Assembly: GCF_937967675.1 (NCBI RefSeq)
Contig: NZ_CALBSN010000090.1
Span: 6,851 to 70,850, forward strand
Direction of reading: 5' to 3'
Length of the DNA stretch: 64,000 nt
Source of the DNA: an uncultured Flavobacterium sp.
GTDB lineage: Bacteria; Bacteroidota; Bacteroidia; Flavobacteriales; Flavobacteriaceae
Of the stretch, positions 51,385-59,127 are shown in pieces (positions within the stretch are counted from its first letter, which is position 1; each line of letters begins with the position of its first letter). Both the position numbers and the translations under genes were made by a program. The notes beneath the pieces are model-generated. The model did no database searches and was not told the origin of the DNA. It worked only from the letters and a program-made list of their open reading frames with translations.

Positions 51385-52473
51385 TTATTCTACATTTAAA
51401 GCGTTTCTAACTTGTCTAATTGATATATCTAAATAATTTGCTATTTGTTTTTGAGGAATATGACTATCGTTTAAAAATTTAATCATTTCTTCAAATGAAT
51501 ACCTGTTGTTTTTTATGTATTTAAAATATTCAGAAAAAATATCTTCATATTCAAAATCTGTCTTTTGGATTATTGCTCTATAATATGCACTATTGATTAT
51601 TTTAATTATTTCAGAGTGAGACAGATTATTCATATATGTTTTTAGTACTTCAAATTTTTTTTCATCTGTAGCTAAATCTGAATCAATCTTTTTAAAATAA
51701 ATTTCTAATATTTTTTTTATTTCTTCAGTATTTGGCTTATTTACATTTATAACTTTTTCGAATCTTCTCCAGATTGCACTATCTAACAATTGTTCATGAT
51801 TTGTGGCTGCAATTAAAATTCCGTTCTCTAAAAATTCGTCTATATTTTGTAACAAACTATTAATAACTCTTTTTAATTCTCCTGTTTCTTGATTATCATC
51901 CCTTGCTTTAGCTATAGCATCAAATTCATCTAAAAATAAAATACAGGGTTTGCTTTTTGCATAATCGAATAGTTTTCTGATATTTTTAGCAGTGTTACCT
52001 AATAATGATGATATTAGAGAATCGAATCTTGCAACAACAATTGGTATATCTAATTCTTTAGCAATGTGTTTAGCAATGGTAGTTTTACCACAACCAGGAG
52101 GACCATATAATAACAAAGAAAGGTTAACATCTAAACCCCTGCTTTTTATTTCATTTTTTGAATTAACTAATGAGATAAAATTATTTACTGGATCACTAAT
52201 GCTTTCTGAAACAATTGCATCAAATTTAATGTCTTGTGGAAAAATTATATCTGCAATATTTAATCTTGTATCATTATCTACAGGAGCATCAAATAATTGG
52301 TCTTTAAAAACAGGCAACCCTTTGGAGCCTTGAATTGTTTTCAAAATTTTATCTGCAAGTTTATTATCTCCATCTTCTCTAAGTTTTTTTACAAGATGAT
52401 TAGAGTAATTAATTACTTTTCTTTGATCATTGTTTAAACCGCCTTCAATTATTTTTATTAGTTCAGTATACAT
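51385..52473 (-). CDS. AAA+ ATPase, IetA-like, with C-terminal HTH-like tail
   Basis: Walker A GPPGCGKT (about 124-131), Walker B ILFLDEFD, sensor-1 IAATN and Arg finger region WRRF. C-terminus QKQIANYLDISIRQVRNAL. Confidence 0.75.
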   Translation of the reverse strand: MYTELIKIIEGGLNNDQRKVINYSNHLVKKLREDGDNKLADKILKTIQGSKGLPVFKDQLFDAPVDNDTRLNIADIIFPQDIKFDAIVSESISDPVNNFISLVNSKNEIKSRGLDVNLSLLLYGPPGCGKTTIAKHIAKELDIPIVVARFDSLISSLLGNTAKNIRKLFDYAKSKPCILFLDEFDAIAKARDDNQETGELKRVINSLLQNIDEFLENGILIAATNHEQLLDSAIWRRFEKVINVNKPNTEEIKKILEIYFKKIDSDLATDEKKFEVLKTYMNNLSHSEIIKIINSAYYRAIIQKTDFEYEDIFSEYFKYIKNNRYSFEEMIKFLNDSHIPQKQIANYLDISIRQVRNALNVE

Positions 52474-52502
52474 TGATGTAAATTTATTTGGGTTTTATGA
52501 TA

Positions 52503-52510
52503 CAAATATA
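52503..52510 (-). promoter_or_regulatory. -7 promoter box (TAnnTTTG) for the defence array
   Basis: Plus-strand caaatata is TATATTTG on the minus strand, 30 nt upstream of the ATG at 52473. Confidence 0.5.
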
Positions 52511-52513
52511 ATC

Positions 52514-52564
52514 AAATCGTAACACAAAATCAATAAATCGTAATTTTATTTTGTAAAATCGTAA
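52514..52564. promoter_or_regulatory. Three perfect AAATCGTAA direct repeats spaced exactly 21 bp
   Basis: Copies at 52514-52522, 52535-52543 and 52556-52564. A degenerate CGTAAT copy at 52602 stays in the same 21-bp phase. Confidence 0.6.
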
Positions 52565-52737
52565 TAAATATATTTAAAAGTGTTGTAAAATAAGTATTTA
52601 GCGTAATTAAATTTTTAAATATTGATATTTTACTATTATAAATAATATCCCAATTGCAATTTACTACAGAATGTGTAGTGTTTTGCGAATAGTATATTTT
52701 TTAAGCTTTGGCAGTAAATTTGATTTATTGCCAAAAC

Positions 52738-52956
52738 TTAACTTTTCATTTCAATGTCGATGTAAGATTTTAGATTATACAATTCGATTTGGTTTTCATC
52801 GTCTCCTTCCAATTGTCCAATTTCAATAAACGCGATATCATTAGCAAATGATTTTTCTCCAATTAGATGTTCGATGTGAACATAAACTGCCTCTCGAAGT
52901 CTTGGGTTGTCAATATCACTGGAATTTGCAACTTGATTGATGAAATCATTTTGCAA
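52738..52956 (-). CDS. Small acidic hypothetical protein
   Basis: 72-aa ORF with no recognised motif. Confidence 0.4.
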   Translation of the reverse strand: MQNDFINQVANSSDIDNPRLREAVYVHIEHLIGEKSFANDIAFIEIGQLEGDDENQIELYNLKSYIDIEMKS

Positions 52957-52978
52957 ATTCTAATCATTTTATTAATTA

Positions 52979-53350
52979 TTAGTAAAATGATTTCATATGC
53001 TTGATGTTGTCTTTTACACCTTTTGTTAAGTTATAAGATAAGGAAATAAAGAAACCTGGGACATAATTTTTATCGGATACATTTTCAATTGTATATTGAA
53101 GAGGTAAATTTTTTATCGATATACCAGAAGTTAAAGTTACTCTTTCATATTTTCCAACTGTTAGACTTGGTCTAACAAAAAAGTTATCAAAAGTAAGGGA
53201 TCCTTCAAAAGCGCTGACTCCAATTCCAATACTAAAACCCCAAGAAAAATAAGTAGCACTTCTCATACTTGCTGTAAAAAATCCAACAAAACTTGGAGTG
53301 AAAATCGACTTATCGTTTTTCATTATGACATTTTCATTGCTCTGATTCAA
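52979..53350 (-). pseudogene. Possible N-terminally truncated outer-membrane beta-barrel protein
   Basis: Alternating beta-strand pattern and an aromatic C-terminus (…MKSFY). The frame stays open upstream to about 53440 without an ATG or a signal peptide. Confidence 0.35.
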
Positions 53351-53705
53351 TTTAACAGTGTGTGAATATTTATCAGAATGTAAACTACCAGCAACTCCTA
53401 AACTAGCATCTAAACGAAGACTTGTATAGGTTGAGAAACATATTTAAAAATTAAATTTTCAGTAGTCATTAAATTTTTATTAGATTAATTAGGCTGTTAA
53501 TTTTTCAAAATTAATCTAATCATTTGGTTTGTGTTTGTGTGGTTTTAAATCAGGATGTTTAGGTTTTGTTTCAGGTGTGACTCTTCTTCTTTTGTCAGGT
53601 GTACCGTCTTCTTTTTTTGGTTTTGGACCTGGTTTTATCGCTTGAATTGTTTGCATGGTTTTACATTTTTAATTTTTATGAAAATTGTTGTTTAGCTTTA
53701 ATAAA

Positions 53706-53891
53706 TCAATTTGATTTTCTACTTCTTTTTACAGAATAGGTAGTACTAGGTTTTTCTTTAGCTTCTTTTTTTGTGACGTATCTACCTGTTTCTGCGCTTT
53801 TGTGCTGTTTGTAGGTTTTTGATTTTTTTTCTTGAGCATTGCTTGTTAAACTGAATGCTAGAGCTACTGCGAATAATAGAATTTTTTTCAT
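53706..53891 (-). CDS. Small secreted, highly basic peptide (61 aa), copy 1
   Basis: Signal peptide MKKILLFAVALAFSLTSNAQ followed by a Lys/Arg-rich 41-aa mature part. A near-identical paralogue lies at 59315-59500. Confidence 0.6.
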   Translation of the reverse strand: MKKILLFAVALAFSLTSNAQEKKSKTYKQHKSAETGRYVTKKEAKEKPSTTYSVKRSRKSN

Positions 53892-54276
53892 GATGTATTT
53901 AGTTGTATATAAATGACTCCTAAAATAATATGTTTTAACTGTATATAATTACGGTGTTTTGCTACAAAATATTACGGTTTTACCGTAAAAAAAACACATA
54001 AAACACCGTAATTTTTTTAACTGTATAGTCATTACTTTGGTTGCTCAATTAATTACTAACCAAAACACAATTATTATGAATGAACAACTCCAGAATGTCA
54101 GACAAAAGGTATTCTTTGTCTTGTTCTTAGCCTCCTTTTTACTATTAGGAAGTGCTAAGGTTTACTCTCAGACTAATAGCGGGCTTGCTTTTTCTTGGGA
54201 TAAAGAAGTAGGCTGTCAGACTTATGATTATGATGACAGAAAGAAAGTTTTTATAGAAGATAATAGGAGAATCGGA
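53741..54276. repeat. Direct repeat copy 1 (about 535 bp)
   Basis: Aligns with 59350-59884 at a constant offset of 5609 (5608 after a 1-nt insertion near 54263), with only a few substitutions. Confidence 0.9.
53948..54012. promoter_or_regulatory. Nested palindromes built from TTACGGT/ACCGTAA half-sites in a divergent intergenic region
   Basis: attacggtgtttt (53948-53960) pairs with aaaacaccgtaat (54000-54012). Inner palindrome acggt-ttt-accgt at 53974-53986. Confidence 0.6.
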
Positions 54277-54351
54277 CTAGAAATCTGCGATATTTGTTTA
54301 GAAATCAGAGGCATTGTGGCAATAGCAATCAGCTTTCTTCTTCTTTATTAA
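54076..54351 (+). pseudogene. Truncated, frameshifted duplicate of the adhesin 5-prime end
   Basis: The first roughly 62 codons match 59685 onward (signal peptide, …WDKEVGCQTYDYDDRKKVFIED). A 1-nt insertion then shifts the frame and homology ends at 54276. Confidence 0.8.
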
Positions 54352-54811
54352 TTCTATTTTCATTTAGTTTTACAACTGATCCATCGTAAATAATAGTTCC
54401 TCTTTCATGAAATTGTTCTACATATTTTACTATAATAAATCTATCAATTTGGTTAAATGTCATACAAAGACTCTCAACAGTAATGACTTTGTGTCTCATT
54501 ATAATTTCAAGTATTTCAACATCGGGTTTTGTTGGTACTCTAGTTCCAACAGTTCCAACTTGTTGTTGCATAAATGAAACTTGATTTTTTAATAAATCAA
54601 AAGTTTCTTCATTTAGATGTTTTAGATTTGTTTTAATTTCTAATAATTCTTTTTTTAATTTTTCAAAATCTTCATCAGATTTTTTACTAACAATGCTTTT
54701 TAAATCTTCAATTTCTTTGTTACGAGAACCATAATAAAAATACATTGAAAGTAATAATGAAATTATTGCTAATATATCAGCAGAGATAGATAGTAGATTT
54801 ATGTTTCCCAT
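54329..54811 (-). CDS. Membrane-anchored coiled-coil protein with wHTH-like C-terminus
   Basis: 160 aa: an N-terminal TM (ISADILAIISLLLSMYFYY), a coiled-coil stretch, and a C-terminal EILEIIMRHKVITVESLCMTFNQIDRFIIVKYVEQF region. Confidence 0.55.
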   Translation of the reverse strand: MGNINLLSISADILAIISLLLSMYFYYGSRNKEIEDLKSIVSKKSDEDFEKLKKELLEIKTNLKHLNEETFDLLKNQVSFMQQQVGTVGTRVPTKPDVEILEIIMRHKVITVESLCMTFNQIDRFIIVKYVEQFHERGTIIYDGSVVKLNENRINKEEES

Positions 54812-54813
54812 AT

Positions 54814-55089
54814 TTAACTATTATTAGTCTTCATCCAATTATATTCTTCATTGGTAAATCCAAATCCTGCCCATTCACCTGATAATTTAGCAACAAAAAT
54901 TCTGTCATTTTGATCTATAAACTGTTTTAAATAATCTCTAATAGCAGCACAGTTTGTATTATTAGAAGCAATTAACCAAACAGAACCAGATTGATGCCAC
55001 CAATTACCGTAACTTTGTATTGCGTTTGTTAGACTATCGTAATCTCGACCCGGATTAGAAAGATCATATGAAATTGTGTATATATTCAT
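54814..55089 (-). CDS. Small Cas2/VapD-like ferredoxin-fold-type protein (unverified)
   Basis: 91 aa. The pattern IYTISYDLS…RDYDSL…I…YG…SGSVWLI…IRDYL…DRIFVAKL mirrors the Cas2 beta-alpha-beta-beta-alpha-beta motif order. Its stop is 2 nt from the next start. Confidence 0.4.
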   Translation of the reverse strand: MNIYTISYDLSNPGRDYDSLTNAIQSYGNWWHQSGSVWLIASNNTNCAAIRDYLKQFIDQNDRIFVAKLSGEWAGFGFTNEEYNWMKTNNS

Positions 55090-55170
55090 TTTTGTAATAT
55101 TTATTAGTCTCTATATTTTTGTAATATTTTTAGTTTGTGCTTTATTTTTATGTTTATAGTTTTGGTTTAT

Positions 55171-55265
55171 AAATCCGCGCTATCGGTTTATTTTTTATTA
55201 ATTGAACTCGGATTTTCAATCTTAAATAAATTGGCTAAGTACGGATTAGAAATCCGCGCTATCGG
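55171..55265. repeat. Two copies of the 16-mer AAATCCGCGCTATCGG
   Basis: Copies at 55171-55186 and 55250-55265. A related cggactagaaatctgcgatat lies at 54273-54293, at the repeat junction. Confidence 0.8.
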
Positions 55266-55454
55266 GATAAAGCTTATTACAGTTACAACTATTGTAATGA
55301 GCAATCCTATTGAACCAATTATTGTTCCTGCTTTTGTATATTTTCCTTCCATATACTTTAGTAGTATTAAAAAATTAATATTGTAAAATTATATGTTTTT
55401 ATTTTCAGTGATTTTTATGGATGATCGTGGTTATTTAATGTTATATTGATTTTA

Positions 55455-56882
55455 TTATTCAATAAGTTCATCTGAAGTTTCTTCAACGATTTCCCCCAAA
55501 GTGGAATCTACTTTATCAGCTTGTTCTTTTAATAATTTTCTGGCTCTTTTGTCTAATATTTTTGCAATTTTCGATAATCCAGGAATATTTTCAAGCTTTT
55601 CAACGGCATCAGATAAACTTGCACTTTTGTCTAATGCATCCATAAGTGGATGATCTGATTTGTTATAATCAGAAATTAATTTTCCCGGGTTTTCAGAATT
55701 TACACTCAATATATTGTATAATAATTTTATTTTTAAATCTGCCGACACATCTTTATCTTCAATATTATTTATTTGATGTGACAAACCTTCAAAAGTTTTA
55801 CTTAAAACTTCTTTATGAGTATATTCTTCTATTAATCTTTTAGATAAATTTAGTTTCTTGTTAGAAGAATAAGCAATCCATAAAATAGGTATGTACATTG
55901 GAATAATTGCGAGAACAAATCTTGGACTATCCATAATTACATCATGTAATGATTTACCCTTCCATATAAAAAAAACACTTAAAATAAATGGAATTAAAGA
56001 CATGCCTATTAATCCCAAAGCTGCATTTCTAAAATTACCAGCATATTTTTTACTTTCTAATAATTCACTTTCTCTTTTTTCTGAATATGCAGAGGCTAAA
56101 CCTGCTGTTAAAGCATTAGGTAATAGTTTATTTATTTTGTTTAAAACGTTATCATGCTCATTTTTCCAATTCTCAATAGTTTTACTAAAGAAATCTTCTT
56201 TTTCTTTAATGAATAAATTATAATTATTTAATGTCTCATTTTTCGTTTTTGTAATCTCTGATTTAAGCAAATCTAATTCTTCACTTAAATCATTATAGGA
56301 CTCTTCTAAATGGTCTTTTAATCCTTCAATTTTAATCTCAATATCAACATCATTTTCATCTTTTTGAGTATCAGTAAAACCAAATATTTCTCTATGTAAG
56401 TTATCAATTTCTTTCTTTTTTGGTTGAATCGATTTATGTAAAACTTCAATTTTAGCTATAATTTCTTCACCTTGATCAAAATTTTCTTCTAACTTTTTTA
56501 GTTTTTCAACTAAGACAGAATTATTTTCAAAATTTTCTTCTAAAGTTTCTATACATTCGGTTATATTAGTAATTTTTGAATTTAATTCTGTGTTATAATC
56601 ACTAATCTTTTGATAACAATCTTCAGATTTCGTTTTTATAGATTTTATTAGTGTTAAACTTTGTTTAGCTTCTTCAGCTTTTGCTTGCGCATTTTCAGCA
56701 TTGGTTTTTGCTAATTCATAAGATTCATTACTCTTATTTCTATATTCAGAGGCTTTTTTTGATGATTGTTTAGCTTCCTTTTCATAATCAGAAGTTTTCT
56801 TTCCAATTTCTTTTTCAAGTTCTAAAAGTCTAGCCCAAAGTTTTTTTCTTTCACTTTCTAGATAATCGTATTTATCACTCAT
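55455..56882 (-). CDS. Coiled-coil protein with two central/C-terminal TM helices, function unknown
   Basis: 475 aa: about 270 aa of Glu/Lys-rich coiled coil, then TM helices (AALGLIGMSLIPFILSVFFIW and FVLAIIPMYIPILWIAY), then a helical tail. Confidence 0.6.
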   Translation of the reverse strand: MSDKYDYLESERKKLWARLLELEKEIGKKTSDYEKEAKQSSKKASEYRNKSNESYELAKTNAENAQAKAEEAKQSLTLIKSIKTKSEDCYQKISDYNTELNSKITNITECIETLEENFENNSVLVEKLKKLEENFDQGEEIIAKIEVLHKSIQPKKKEIDNLHREIFGFTDTQKDENDVDIEIKIEGLKDHLEESYNDLSEELDLLKSEITKTKNETLNNYNLFIKEKEDFFSKTIENWKNEHDNVLNKINKLLPNALTAGLASAYSEKRESELLESKKYAGNFRNAALGLIGMSLIPFILSVFFIWKGKSLHDVIMDSPRFVLAIIPMYIPILWIAYSSNKKLNLSKRLIEEYTHKEVLSKTFEGLSHQINNIEDKDVSADLKIKLLYNILSVNSENPGKLISDYNKSDHPLMDALDKSASLSDAVEKLENIPGLSKIAKILDKRARKLLKEQADKVDSTLGEIVEETSDELIE

Positions 56883-57203
56883 CTTTTTTGTTTCTATCTT
56901 CCTTAATTAACTATTTTAAAGAAATAAAAGTTAATTCTATTATTTTGATAATGATTTAGTTAAAATCATTTTAGTATTCTAGGAAAAGCTATCGGACAAC
57001 GTTCCAGCGTTTTTAGCAGTTGCCTTTTCTTTTTAGTTTTCTATTTTTAGCCTTCATTTAGCTTTTCATTTTCTGTTAAGTGTATATTTTAATCGTGCGG
57101 ATGTCTTGTTTACTTTGGCGGAAGGTTTATCTATTTTAGCCGTTACCTTGTTTAGTTGAGCCAAGGCTTTGTTAAGTTTATAATATCTTTTTATGAAATA
57201 TGT

Positions 57204-57593
57204 TTACTTTTTTATTTTTGGTTTAAAATGAAATATCATTGTGGAATCATCATCTTCTGAAATATAATCAAGCTCTTCAGAATTTAATTTTAAAAGTTTA
57301 AGTTTAATTTTTTGATTTATATCAACAAGTGTCAATTCTATTGTATTTGTTAAATAATTAAATTTCCAAATCCCGTTCATTGTTTGTTCAGAATCGTTCA
57401 TTTTGAATTTATTGTTCTTATAAAAAATTATAGACTCATCTTTGTCAAATTCTTCTGCGTTTTTAATTTTACCATTCTTTTCTAAAGTTTCAAGTTTCCA
57501 TTCTTTATACAAGCTATTAAGGTCAATTTTTTCTTGAGCATTACCTATTGAAATTACAATTAATGCTAAAAATGTTATTATGTTTTTTTTCAT
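57204..57593 (-). CDS. Secreted lipocalin-like small protein
   Basis: 129 aa with a signal peptide (…ISIGNAQ). Confidence 0.6.
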   Translation of the reverse strand: MKKNIITFLALIVISIGNAQEKIDLNSLYKEWKLETLEKNGKIKNAEEFDKDESIIFYKNNKFKMNDSEQTMNGIWKFNYLTNTIELTLVDINQKIKLKLLKLNSEELDYISEDDDSTMIFHFKPKIKK

Positions 57594-57595
57594 GA

Positions 57596-58000
57596 TTATT
57601 TGATATTACCGATTAATTCTAATTTTACAACTCCTTTTTCTGCATTACACTGAACAAAAACAGTTGTTTTTGTTTTGCCTTTTTGATTTGGTTTTGGAAT
57701 GAATGAAGCTTCGATACTTACAATTTCATTTAACCGACATATTTTCTTATCGAATTTTGTTACTGTACATGTACAACTTGGTAAAACTTGTTGAATTACA
57801 AAAGGCGTTTTTGTAATATTTTTTATTTTAAAAACATGTTTTATTGTATCATTTACAGAAATTATTCCAAAATCAAATGGATTATTTTCAACTTCAATTT
57901 TTGTGAGTTTATCAAAAGTTGCTTCTTTTTTATAAGTCAATACACCTAAAAGTAATATTGAAAATAAAATGGCACCTGTTATTATTATTTTCTTCTTCAT
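57596..58000 (-). CDS. DUF1573-like protein
   Basis: N-terminal TM/signal and PSCTCTV in place of the GCGCTV hallmark. FDFG…H.F.I.N pattern. Paralogous in type to 22247-22705. Confidence 0.65.
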   Translation of the reverse strand: MKKKIIITGAILFSILLLGVLTYKKEATFDKLTKIEVENNPFDFGIISVNDTIKHVFKIKNITKTPFVIQQVLPSCTCTVTKFDKKICRLNEIVSIEASFIPKPNQKGKTKTTVFVQCNAEKGVVKLELIGNIK

Positions 58001-58001
58001 T

Positions 58002-58877
58002 TTAATTTTTCATTAATACTGTAATACCAATCATTAAATTACTCATTGCATTACTTTTTCTATTATGCAAATCATTTTTTGCCCAACCTTTATTTCTATA
58101 GTTATACCATGTTAACTGTTTATTCTCTCCATATGTAAACCGAAATCCTGGAGCAATTTTATCACCTTTTTTAGATTCATTGTTTTCATCTACTAATTCA
58201 ATACTAACACAAACCCCATCTTCTAAAAATGGAATTTTTTTGTCTTCTAAATCAATAACATATTGGTAAGTTTTATTTTTGGGGTTTATTATCAAATCCT
58301 CTGTTAAAAGATTTTCTTCTGGTTTGTTTTCAATTTTATTGTATGAATATATTTTAATTCTAAATTTAGCAATAAAATCAGCATTTTTATTTTTTCTGAT
58401 ATACAATTTTAATGATTTTATTCTACCAAGTTCAGCTTTTGGATTTTCAATTAAACAAGCTGTTTCATGCCCAATTAATGAAAACATGGAAATATCACCT
58501 TCTCTTGTTTCACTAATATTGTATTTCTTGTTATATTTTATTCTTTTTTGTGTTACAATTATTTCCTTTAATTGATTTTCTTCTGTTGTTAAGCTTATAT
58601 TTAGTGAATAGTCCTTATCTTCTTTATATTCTTTCAAAGAAAAATACTTTGATTTATAACCAATGTAAGAAACTTTGATTGAATCATTCAAATTCCCCTT
58701 GATATTTAAGCTAAATTTTCCTTCTAAATTTGTATTTGTACCATTATTACTTTTTAATAAAGTAATATTAGCAAGTTGCAAATATTCACCTGTAATACTA
58801 TCTTTAATTGTTCCTTTCAAAGTTTGACCAATATTAACAAAAGGCAATAAAAGTAAAATTATTAATGTTTTTTTCAT
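58002..58877 (-). CDS. Carboxypeptidase-regulatory-like domain protein
   Basis: Signal peptide followed by GTIKDSITGEYLQLANITLLKSNNGTNTNLEGKFSL (CarboxypepD_reg-like). Start at M13 (58877). The tracked N-terminal extension covers an upstream terminator hairpin. Confidence 0.65.
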   Translation of the reverse strand: MKKTLIILLLLPFVNIGQTLKGTIKDSITGEYLQLANITLLKSNNGTNTNLEGKFSLNIKGNLNDSIKVSYIGYKSKYFSLKEYKEDKDYSLNISLTTEENQLKEIIVTQKRIKYNKKYNISETREGDISMFSLIGHETACLIENPKAELGRIKSLKLYIRKNKNADFIAKFRIKIYSYNKIENKPEENLLTEDLIINPKNKTYQYVIDLEDKKIPFLEDGVCVSIELVDENNESKKGDKIAPGFRFTYGENKQLTWYNYRNKGWAKNDLHNRKSNAMSNLMIGITVLMKN

Positions 58878-58890
58878 CTTTAAAATATTA

Positions 58891-58918
58891 ACCCTATGCT
58901 TGCAAGCAAGCATAGGGT
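58891..58918 (-). terminator. 13-bp perfect hairpin
   Basis: accctatgcttgc (58891-58903) / gcaagcatagggt (58906-58918), just downstream of the stop of 58936-59127. Confidence 0.65.
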
Positions 58919-58935
58919 GTTAAATTGAGCTTATA

Positions 58936-59127
58936 TTAGCAAGCTACAACTTCATAAGTTTCCCAAGTAAATAAACCAAATAATGTAGAGTGATATGTGT
59001 GCGTACCAATGCAACCATTTTCAAAAACATGAACAAACTGTGCTACAATTTTTGCGTTTGATGGTGTTGAAAATAATAATGTTGAGGCTAATAAGCCACC
59101 GAATAAAATTGCTTTTACTTTTTTCAT
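58936..59127 (-). CDS. Small secreted protein
   Basis: Start at the internal M (MKKVKAILFGGLLAST…SNAK signal peptide). The mature part is about 40 aa with Cys residues. Confidence 0.5.
   Translation of the reverse strand: MKKVKAILFGGLLASTLLFSTPSNAKIVAQFVHVFENGCIGTHTYHSTLFGLFTWETYEVVAC

Noticed and set aside
52514-55265. Short direct repeats (AAATCGTAA x3, 16-mer x2) considered as a CRISPR array.
   Set aside because: The repeat units are far too short or too few, the spacing is unlike 25-40-nt repeat/spacer periodicity, and there are no cas genes.
55135-55386. 83-aa plus-strand ORF in the 55090-55454 intergenic region.
   Set aside because: Hydrophobic low-complexity translation of A+T-rich DNA that also carries the 16-mer repeats. 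More likely a promoter or regulatory region.
57000-57195. Repetitive ttttagc-containing stretch whose reverse translation gives …LNKALAQLNKVTAKIDKPSAKVNKTSARLKYTLNRK*.
   Set aside because: There is no start codon and there are in-frame stops immediately upstream and downstream. It may be a decayed gene remnant but I cannot support it as a feature.
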